Assembly (NCBI GenBank): GCA_022844275.1
Contig: JALHMB010000012.1
Location: forward strand, 13,691-77,690
Length of the DNA: 64,000 bases
Reading direction: 5' to 3'
Source of the DNA: Hyphomicrobiaceae bacterium
GTDB taxonomy: Bacteria > Pseudomonadota > Alphaproteobacteria > Rhizobiales > Hyphomicrobiaceae
Shown: positions 37,302 to 44,958 of the stretch, piece by piece
Layout: every line of letters starts with the position of its first letter
Numbering within the stretch: position 1 is the first letter of the stretch
Notes under the pieces: generated by a model
What the model saw: the letters and a program-made list of their open reading frames with translations, nothing else
Databases searched by the model: none
What the model was told of the DNA's origin: nothing
Program-made: the position numbers and the translations under genes

Positions 37302-38552
37302 ATGGACGTAACAGAGCATCCAGCTCGCCAGTTCAAGTTGAAGTCGATCGAGGATTACGAGTCCTTCATTGGGGGCGAGAGCGTCGAAGGAATTCTGAGG
37401 AAGGCGGAGCGCCTTCGCGATATGCACGTCGTCAACATCAACTCGACGTACTACGGCGGCGGAGTGGCGGAACTTCTTTCATCGCTGACGCTGCTGATGA
37501 ATGCCTCCGGCATCAGGACGGGATGGCGTGTGATCGAGGGCCGCCCGGATTTCTTCAGCATCACCAAAAAGATGCACAATGCCCTGCAGGGTGCCGAGAT
37601 GAACCTCACGCCCTTGAAGAAGCAGATATACGAAGAGGTCGTTTACGAGAACGCAGTCAGAATGCACCTCGACCACGACGTGGTGATTGTTCACGATCCT
37701 CAACCCCTTCCCATTATCCAGCACTACCGGAAGATTTGCCCCTGGATCTGGCGATGCCATGTCGATCTTTCGGACCCGAATGCGGAGCTGTGGAAATATC
37801 TCGCGCCGATGATTGAACGCTACGATGCCGTTGTGGTTTCACTTCCCGAGTATGCCCAGAAGCTGCATACACCACAGCATTTTATCATGCCGGCCATCAA
37901 TCCCTTCTCATCGACAAACAAGGAAATGAGCGACGCTGAAATCGACGAGCGCCTCGCGCACTACGACATTCCAAGCGACTGGCCACTCGTCGTTCAAGTC
38001 TCGCGCTTCGACCGTTGGAAGGATCCTCAAGGCGTGATCGAGGCCTTCCGAATTGCGCGTAAGGAAGTCGATTGCACGCTGGTCCTCGTCGGCAACGTGG
38101 CGACGGACGATCCGGAAGGGCAAGAAGTCTTCGAATCCCTATGCGACTGCGCGGAGGAGCGGATTCGCATCTTGTCGGTGCAGGATTCGGCGCTGGTCAA
38201 TGCCCTGCAGCGCCGAGCGGCCGTCATCTTGCAGAAGTCCATCCGAGAAGGGTTCGGATTGACCGTCGCCGAAGCGATGTGGAAAGGCACGCCGGTGATC
38301 GGCGGCAAGGTTGGGGGTATCCGCCATCAGATCGAAGACGGCGTCAGTGGCTTCCTGGTGGAAGACATCGAGCAAGCGGCAGAAAGAATAGTCCGGCTTG
38401 TTAAGGATCCCCGGTTGAGAAGCCAGATGGGCACGTGTGCTCGCGAGACCGTACGGCAGCGCTTCTTGATGTCGCGCCTCATGGAGAACTGGATGGATCT
38501 TATCGGCGCATTCGAAACGAATTTTCGACTCAGTTGGAGGGTGGAGACCTAG
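37302..38552 (+). CDS. GT4 (group 1) glycosyltransferase, TreT-like trehalose glycosyltransferring synthase (tentative subfamily)
   Basis: 416 aa. The N-terminal VVNINSTYYGGGVAELLSSLTLLMNASGIRTGWRVIEG...FFSITKKMHNALQG resembles TreT as I recall it. It has the C-terminal GT1 motif REGFGLTVAEAMWKGTPVIGGKVGGI. Confidence 0.6.
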   Translation: MDVTEHPARQFKLKSIEDYESFIGGESVEGILRKAERLRDMHVVNINSTYYGGGVAELLSSLTLLMNASGIRTGWRVIEGRPDFFSITKKMHNALQGAEMNLTPLKKQIYEEVVYENAVRMHLDHDVVIVHDPQPLPIIQHYRKICPWIWRCHVDLSDPNAELWKYLAPMIERYDAVVVSLPEYAQKLHTPQHFIMPAINPFSSTNKEMSDAEIDERLAHYDIPSDWPLVVQVSRFDRWKDPQGVIEAFRIARKEVDCTLVLVGNVATDDPEGQEVFESLCDCAEERIRILSVQDSALVNALQRRAAVILQKSIREGFGLTVAEAMWKGTPVIGGKVGGIRHQIEDGVSGFLVEDIEQAAERIVRLVKDPRLRSQMGTCARETVRQRFLMSRLMENWMDLIGAFETNFRLSWRVET

Positions 38553-38607
38553 CCATCCGCGCGACCGTCATCATTCGTACCGAAGCTGCCCCGGGCAAGG
38601 ATCCAAC

Positions 38608-39624
38608 ATGAGCGAGTTGCGGCAGGATAGAGTAACTGGAGCTTGGGTCATTATTGCTCCGGAGCGCCAAAATCGGCCGCAACAACGAACCGGCACGACG
38701 CACACACCTCAGCCCAGACCCAGTTTTGACCCCGACTGTCCATTCTGCCCTGGGAACGAGGCGATCCTCCCGGGCATCCTGGAGGACGTTCCGACAGATA
38801 GACCGCCTGGCTGGAGGGTGCGCGTTGTTCCCAACAAGTATCCAGTGTTGCACGCGGATACGGCGATGGGCCAAGCCGCACGGCGCGATGACGTGAACAT
38901 GGCCGGCTACGGCCATCACGACGTCGTTGTCGAGTCACCGCGGCATGACGCTGACCTCGCCTCCATGGCCGATGACGAGATCGAGGCCGTACTCTCTGCT
39001 TATCATCGCCGCTTCGTATGGCTTTCGCAGCTGCCGCGCATCCAGAGAGTGATCTTGTTCCGCAACTACGGTTCGATCAGCGGTGCCTCGCTGGCGCATC
39101 CGCACGCCCAGCTCGTTGCCCTGCCTATGACGCCGCCCGATCTGCAATCCCAAGCTGCACTTGCGCACGCATGGCATAAGCATCACGGGCGCTGCATTCT
39201 TTGCGATGAAATCGAAACTGAGCGGGCCGACGGTCGGCGGGCAATCGAAGAAACTGATGCATTTACTGCTCTTGTACCATTTGCTGCGACGTGCCCCTTT
39301 GAAGTATGGCTCGTCCCTAGGCAGCATCAGGCTTCGTTTGCAGAGATCGACGGAGCTGAGCTGGGAGAGATGGGACGGCTGCTGAGAAGTCTTCTATGCC
39401 GACTCAAATGCGTGCTTGGTGATCCCCCGTACAACATCGTCGTGGAGTCCACCGGGCCGGCGGAATCCGGCAGGCCATATCTGCATTGGCGCTTGCGTAT
39501 AGCACCCAATCTTACCATGCCGGGTGGCTTCGAACTCGCGACGGGCATGGCGATCAATCCGTCGAGCCCCGAAGACGATGCACGTGCTCTTCGCGACGCA
39601 GAAGGCTATGCGCCGCGTCCATGA
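38608..39624 (+). CDS. galT: GalT-family (HIT branch III) hexose-1-phosphate nucleotidyltransferase / NDP-sugar phosphorylase
   Basis: It has the zinc motif CPFCPGNE, the catalytic motif HPHAQL, and the N-terminus RQDRVTGAWVIIAPERQNRP. Confidence 0.8.
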   Translation: MSELRQDRVTGAWVIIAPERQNRPQQRTGTTHTPQPRPSFDPDCPFCPGNEAILPGILEDVPTDRPPGWRVRVVPNKYPVLHADTAMGQAARRDDVNMAGYGHHDVVVESPRHDADLASMADDEIEAVLSAYHRRFVWLSQLPRIQRVILFRNYGSISGASLAHPHAQLVALPMTPPDLQSQAALAHAWHKHHGRCILCDEIETERADGRRAIEETDAFTALVPFAATCPFEVWLVPRQHQASFAEIDGAELGEMGRLLRSLLCRLKCVLGDPPYNIVVESTGPAESGRPYLHWRLRIAPNLTMPGGFELATGMAINPSSPEDDARALRDAEGYAPRP

Positions 39625-39628
39625 TTTG

Positions 39629-42043
39629 TCATGTGGCATTCGAAGCGTTGGAGTCCTTTCGGGCTTCCTCTGCCGCGGCGACCTTGCGTTTGACGGCAAT
39701 GAAGCTGTCGGGGCTGACTGAAATCGAGTCGATTCCGCACGCAACCAGGAACTCGGCAAACTCCGGATGGTCGCTCGGCGCCTGCCCGCACAATCCGATC
39801 TTGGTGCCACTCGCGCGAGCCTCACGGATGACGCTGCTGATCATCCATTTCACTGCCTGATCCTGTTCGTCGAACAGCTCCTCGAGTGCCTCGGAATCGC
39901 GATCGACGCCGAGCGTGAGCTGAGTCAAGTCGTTGCTGCCGATCGAAAAGCCGTCGAATCGTTCGGCGAATGCTTGTGCCAGTATGACGTTCGACGGAAT
40001 CTCGCACATGACGTAGACCTCGAGGCCGTTGTCCCCGCGCCGCAAGCCGTAGTCGGCCATGACCCCAAGAACGCGGTCCGCTTCTCCGATCGAGCGGCAG
40101 AATGGGATCATGACAATGACATTCCTGAATCCCATTCCTTCGCGCAGCCGCCGGATTGCCCGGCACTCGAGCGCAAAACCGTCGCGGTAGCGCGGCGAGT
40201 AGTAGCGCGAGGCGCCGCGGAACCCGATCATAGGATTTTCCTCTTTGGGCTCGAAGGCAGCGCCGCCGATGAGGTTGGCGTACTCATTGGTTTTGAAGTC
40301 GCTCATGCGAACAATGACAGGCTTGGGATGCTGAGCTGCCGCGATGCGCGCGAGCCCGCGTGCCAGGCGGTCGACGAAATATTCGGTCTTGTCAGCGTAG
40401 CCCTGCGTGAGTTCGGCAATCGCCCGCTTGGCTTCCTTGTCCTCGAGCGTGTCGTAGTGCACCAAGGCCATTGGATGAATCTTGATGTGGTTGCTGACGA
40501 CAAACTCCATGCGCGCCAGTCCGACACCATCCGCGGGCATCTGCCACCAACGGAACGCCGCCGCGGGATTGCCGAGGTTGAGCATGACCTGGGTGCGCGT
40601 GATCGGCATGTCGCGGAAGTCCAGTTCCTCAACGTCGTACTCCGCGAATCCTTCGTAGACGAAACCCTTGTCGCCTTCGGCGCAGGACACCGTCACGTCC
40701 TGCTGGTCATGGAGCAGCCGGGTCGCATCACTGCTTCCGACGATGGCTGGCAGGCCGAGCTCGCGGCTGACGATCGCGGCGTGCGACGTGCGGCCGCCAC
40801 GATCCGTGACGATCGCTGCAGCCCGCTTCATGATTGGCACCCAATCCGGATCGGTATTCTGCGTCACCAGGACAGCGCCGTCCCCAAAGCGATCGATGTC
40901 GCGAGCGCTTTCGAGCAGGCAGACGCGCCCGGTTACGATGGCATCGCCGATGCTGAGACCGGTGACCAGCTTGCGCCCCTTCGATCTGATCCGATAGGCT
41001 CTGTGATGGCCCGTTTCCTTTCGCGATTGGACTGTCTCCGGCCGTGCCTGGACGATGAACAGCTCATTGCGTTCGCCATCCTTTGCCCATTCGATATCCA
41101 TCGGGCAGCCGTAGTGATCTTCGATTGCACAGGCCCATCGACTGAGCTGGAGGATGTCCTGATCGGTCAAGACGAATGCAGCGCGCTCCGCCTTGGAGGT
41201 CGGCACGGTACGGGTGGGGTGAGTACCTTCCCGGGCATAGATCATCTTCTGCGCTTTGCCGCCGAGCCGTTTCTCGACGATTGGCGTTAGTGCGGGATCG
41301 GCCAGCAGCGGCTTGAAGACTTGATATTCGTCGGGATCGACCGTGCCTTGGACCACGGTCTCACCGAGTCCCCACGCCGCATCAATCATGACGATCTTGT
41401 CAAATCCGGTCTCGGTATCGATCGTGAACATGACCCCGGCGCTGCCGAGGTCCGAACGCACCATGGTCTGGACCCCGACGGAAAGCGCTACCTTCAGATG
41501 ATCGAAGCCCTTGGCCTGCCGGTAACTGATGGCGCGGTCGGTAAACAGCGACGCGAAGCAGCGCCGGCATGCGTCGAGCAGGGCCGTTTCGCCGCGAATG
41601 TTGAGAAAGGTCTCTTGCTGCCCGGCAAAGCTGGCATCGGGGAGATCCTCGGCGGTCGCACTCGATCGCACGGCCACATCCACATCGGTCTTGTCGGCAC
41701 GCTGACATAGCTTACTATAAGCGCTGGCGATAGCTGCGGCGGTTTCCTTCGGCCACTCACTTCGAAGCACGGCACTGCGGATTGCCTGCCCGGCCTCCGG
41801 CAGCGAGATGCGACCCGCCGCCATGTCTCCGAGTGCGGAAGCAATGCCCTCCGTCAGACGGTTGGCGTCGATAAAGCGCCAATAGGCTTCTGCAGTGGTG
41901 GCGAAACCGGGCGGAACAGCGATACCACGTTCGCCGAGATTGCAGACCATCTCACCGAGCGACGCGTTCTTGCCGCCGACCCGCGCAACGTCAGCCCGCC
42001 CCAGGTCCTCGAACCAGATCACCTCTTGCGTTTGCGTGGGCAT
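39629..42043 (-). CDS. ppsA: Phosphoenolpyruvate synthase
   Basis: 804 aa from the ATG at 42043 (AGGAAG upstream). It carries VARVGGKNASLGEM, the phosphohistidine region TDRGGRTSHAAIVSRELGLPAIVG, and the PEP-utilising C-terminus GFSIGSNDLTQL. Confidence 0.95.
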   Translation of the reverse strand: MPTQTQEVIWFEDLGRADVARVGGKNASLGEMVCNLGERGIAVPPGFATTAEAYWRFIDANRLTEGIASALGDMAAGRISLPEAGQAIRSAVLRSEWPKETAAAIASAYSKLCQRADKTDVDVAVRSSATAEDLPDASFAGQQETFLNIRGETALLDACRRCFASLFTDRAISYRQAKGFDHLKVALSVGVQTMVRSDLGSAGVMFTIDTETGFDKIVMIDAAWGLGETVVQGTVDPDEYQVFKPLLADPALTPIVEKRLGGKAQKMIYAREGTHPTRTVPTSKAERAAFVLTDQDILQLSRWACAIEDHYGCPMDIEWAKDGERNELFIVQARPETVQSRKETGHHRAYRIRSKGRKLVTGLSIGDAIVTGRVCLLESARDIDRFGDGAVLVTQNTDPDWVPIMKRAAAIVTDRGGRTSHAAIVSRELGLPAIVGSSDATRLLHDQQDVTVSCAEGDKGFVYEGFAEYDVEELDFRDMPITRTQVMLNLGNPAAAFRWWQMPADGVGLARMEFVVSNHIKIHPMALVHYDTLEDKEAKRAIAELTQGYADKTEYFVDRLARGLARIAAAQHPKPVIVRMSDFKTNEYANLIGGAAFEPKEENPMIGFRGASRYYSPRYRDGFALECRAIRRLREGMGFRNVIVMIPFCRSIGEADRVLGVMADYGLRRGDNGLEVYVMCEIPSNVILAQAFAERFDGFSIGSNDLTQLTLGVDRDSEALEELFDEQDQAVKWMISSVIREARASGTKIGLCGQAPSDHPEFAEFLVACGIDSISVSPDSFIAVKRKVAAAEEARKDSNASNAT

Positions 42044-42420
42044 GGTTGCTTCCTTACTATGCCTTGGCTGCCGAGGGTCCGTGATCATCTGGATAGCAGC
42101 GGCTCTTCTGCGCGACTTACGAACCACCGAAAAGGAATCGTCTCATCCTCTGCTCAACAAATTCGGAATGCGATAACAGAATCCCTCCCTGGCCCACGTC
42201 GGCTCCGGATGAAGCTGGAGTGTACAGCGGAGACACGGTCCGACGTTTGATCCATCACAAGCTCCATGCACGTCAAATCGCTAAGCTTTCGATCCCGATG
42301 TAGTACTTCGTGAAGCTGGCTTGGCTCTGGTAACCGGAGCAGCGCTGTTGCCCGCGTGCAAGCAGAGCACTTGCTTTGATGCATCACGCCGGTTGCGGCG
42401 GTCGTCATAGGAGATTTTTA

Positions 42421-43197
42421 ATGGGACGTGTTCAGGACAAGGTCGCCATAGTGACCGGCGGTGCCGTAGGTTTGGGTCAGGCGTGCGCTCAGCTTCTATC
42501 GAAGGAAGGCGCTCGCGTCGTTCTTACCGATGTTAATCGCACCGACGGCGAACGGACTGCACAGGCTATTCGGGACCAAGGCGGCGACGCGCAGTTTCTT
42601 AAGCACGACGTCTCCCAAGAAGACGACTGGCGTCGTGTGATCAAGGAGTGCAAGGACCGACACGGGCGTGTTGATGTGTTGGTGAACAACGCTGGGGTTG
42701 GAAAAGGTTGCCCACCAGATGAGCAAACACTGGAGGAATGGCGCTGGCTCATGAGCATCAATCTCGATGGCGTCTTTCTTGGCACCAAGCATGCCCTGAT
42801 CGCTATGAAGGGGCAAAAGCCATCCGGTGGCTCGATCGTCAATCTGTCATCTATCGAAGGCATCGTCGGCGACCCTAATCTTGGCGCCTACAATGCATCG
42901 AAGGGCGGCGTTCGGCTCTATACCAAGTCGGTCGCATTGTATGCGGCGAAGAATGGGCTCAATGTGCGCGTCAACTCCGTGCATCCCGGGTACATCTGGA
43001 CGCCAATGGTCGAAAACTATCTCGCTGCGCACGGTGATGTGGAGGAAGGCCGTCGAGCGCTGGACGCGCTCCACCCCATTGGCCACGTTGGTGAGCCCAA
43101 CGATATTGCCTACGGTGTACTGTACTTGGCCTCTGACGAATCGAAGTTCGTGACCGGCTCGGAGCTTGTGATCGACGGCGGCTATACCGCGCAATAG
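42421..43197 (+). CDS. SDR-family oxidoreductase
   Basis: AGGAG lies upstream of the ATG. It carries VAIVTGGAVGLGQA, NNAG and the catalytic YNASKGGV. Confidence 0.9.
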   Translation: MGRVQDKVAIVTGGAVGLGQACAQLLSKEGARVVLTDVNRTDGERTAQAIRDQGGDAQFLKHDVSQEDDWRRVIKECKDRHGRVDVLVNNAGVGKGCPPDEQTLEEWRWLMSINLDGVFLGTKHALIAMKGQKPSGGSIVNLSSIEGIVGDPNLGAYNASKGGVRLYTKSVALYAAKNGLNVRVNSVHPGYIWTPMVENYLAAHGDVEEGRRALDALHPIGHVGEPNDIAYGVLYLASDESKFVTGSELVIDGGYTAQ

Positions 43198-43520
43198 CGC
43201 AGTTCGCGAAAAGTAGCTGCGACTGCGTGGCACGCGATTTTTTAAGCGCGACCACAGGATGTCGCGAGCCTGCCGAGCCGCTCCGGAGCGCCTGTGTCGC
43301 CCCCGTGCGGGTCGAGCCCTGCGTCGTATCACTCGATCATCTCATGGTCGCACTCGCGGCCGGGACCGGCGGTGGCTTCGAGGAACGCGGCATACCCCGG
43401 CGGAAGACCAATTTCTTCTAGCAGCAGCGTTCATTGGCTCGATAGGCAGGATAATTTTCGACGAGCAGTGCGATTCCTTAAGGTTGCAGGTTCCGTGGCA
43501 ATCGACTTTTCCTGCAAGCG

Positions 43521-43534
43521 TTGATCGACGTCAA
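43521..43534. promoter_or_regulatory. FixK/FNR-type box (exact)
   Basis: TTGATCGACGTCAA matches TTGAT-N4-(A/G)TCAA. It lies about 125 nt upstream of the phasin start. Confidence 0.55.
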
Positions 43535-43660
43535 CGTAGAGAAGGCTCTTTTGCATACATAACGAGCTTCATAAATATCCAATCGACAGGACTCCCGATC
43601 CATGAACAAACATGAGAAGCACGACCAGATCGCCACAAACATGCGACGCCCGGACCGGCA

Positions 43661-43960
43661 TTGCCGTTCGGGTTCGATGTTGCCCAGCTTATGGATACGA
43701 CGAACGGCTTCGCGGCGATGACGGAGTTCAACGGCAAGCTCTTTGCCGGCTTGGTGTACCTTAACAAGGAATATGTGCGCTTCATCAATCAACGTCTGCT
43801 GGAGGACCTCAATCTTCCGCAGAAGCTCGCAGCCTGTAAAGCCCCCCAGGATCTGTTCGCGGCGTATACCGACTTCTATCGGGCCGCCTCTCACGATTAT
43901 CAGCACGAGTTCGCGAGAATCTTGAAGATGGGACAGAGCTTGACAGCAGAAGCGACATAA
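43661..43960 (+). CDS. Phasin-family (PHA-granule associated) protein
   Basis: 99 aa. It carries NGKLFAGLVYLNKEYVRFINQRLLEDLNLPQKLAACKAPQDLFAAYTDFYRAA. The TTG is the only in-frame start after the stop at 43613-43615. The N-terminus may be damaged, because an ATG ORF at 43602 is in another frame. Confidence 0.65.
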   Translation: MPFGFDVAQLMDTTNGFAAMTEFNGKLFAGLVYLNKEYVRFINQRLLEDLNLPQKLAACKAPQDLFAAYTDFYRAASHDYQHEFARILKMGQSLTAEAT

Positions 43961-43989
43961 ATTGTGCAGGCCCCGCATCGGCCGTCAAA

Positions 43990-44655
43990 ATGATTGCCCA
44001 CTGCAGTTTCGGCCGCAAACACCAATTCGGCTTGGCTGCAGCGAACGATGCACGACGCGCGTATCATCTAATTCGGTGCGTGTTCGCAGCGGCGATCACA
44101 TTGCTCCTTGGCACGTCTACGATTCATGCGGCAGAGCCGAAGCCCGTTTTCGCAGTGGATGTCAAAGGTGCTATTGGCGTCGCCACAAGTGTGCATCTGT
44201 GTGAGACACTCAATGACGCGCGCGTGAAGTGCGCCGAGCTGGTGGTGGTCCGACTGGACACGCCGGGTGGCTTGCTTACGTCGACGCGGGACGTCATTCA
44301 ATGTATCCTGGGCTCCGCTGTCCCGGTCGCAGTCTACATCTCTCCCAGCGGTGCACGCGCCAACGTCGAACTGAAGCATGTGGACCTCAACGAGACCATG
44401 GTCCGCGCCATTGCTAAGCAAGCCGAGGCTGAGCGTCTGCGGCGTGCGAAGATCATTGATGCCGTCGGCGAGCTACAGGCCGCCGATCGCCTGATGCAAG
44501 CAGGCGTGACCCTGGCCAAACAACCCGAGGCCATGCAGCTGCGCTACCTCGGAACCCTGGTGAACATAGCGGGCGAGAAGAACTCGACGATTGTGTTTCC
44601 GATGCCGATGGACCTTGTCAAGTTCTGCTCTGATCTTGGCAAGTCCAGATCGTGA
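43990..44655 (+). pseudogene. Deletion chimera: NfeD (ClpP-class protease) N-terminus fused in frame to an SPFH/stomatin C-terminus
   Basis: The NfeD-like segment VVVRLDTPGGLLTSTRDVIQCILGSAVPVAVYISPSGARA is followed directly by the stomatin-like tail RAIAKQAEAERLRRAKIIDAVGELQAA...AMQLRYLGTLVNIAGEKNSTIVFPMPMDL. The NfeD membrane/OB part and the SPFH N-terminal domain are missing. Confidence 0.65.
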
Positions 44656-44958
44656 CGATGGGGGCGCAACTGCAGCCGGAATTCGTTCGACAGACCTATG
44701 ATCTCATTTGTTCGCGCTCACGCCGCGGGCGGCAGATGCCCGATGTGAGCTGGCTGGCCTGAATGGGAGCCCCTGTCTCAAGAGCGCGCGCATCAGCGCG
44801 GTTGGCTGGTGTGATATTGACCGTCGCTGCGAATCTCATCGCAATCACCACGGTCAAGTCGAAGATCGGCCGGGTTGGCCGCGACGGTTGTGGGTGATGA
44901 TGCCATCGCGCAAAATCCCACTGAGGTCGGCAACCCCGCGAGATTGGCCAAGCGCCCA

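Noticed and set aside
39767-41290. Long ORFs antisense to real genes. Examples are the 507-aa ORF opposite ppsA, 146..1036 opposite the ATPase, 52817..53842, 33357..34151 and 57706..58371.
   Set aside because: These are typical high-GC shadow ORFs. Their translations are Arg/Ala/Pro-rich with no motifs, while the opposite strand carries unmistakable conserved proteins.
42247-42387. Two TTGAT-NCAT-CAC motifs (TTGATCCATCACAA at 42247 and TTGATGCATCAC at 42376) between ppsA and the SDR gene.
   Set aside because: The second half-sites (CACAA, CACGC) miss the critical TCAA. Possibly this is a different regulator's repeat, but two occurrences are too little evidence to call.
43226-43241. TGGCACGCGATTTTTT, which resembles a sigma-54 -24/-12 promoter.
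   Set aside because: The -12 element (TTGC) is absent. It lies about 420 nt from the next start codon, and no enhancer-binding protein gene is nearby.
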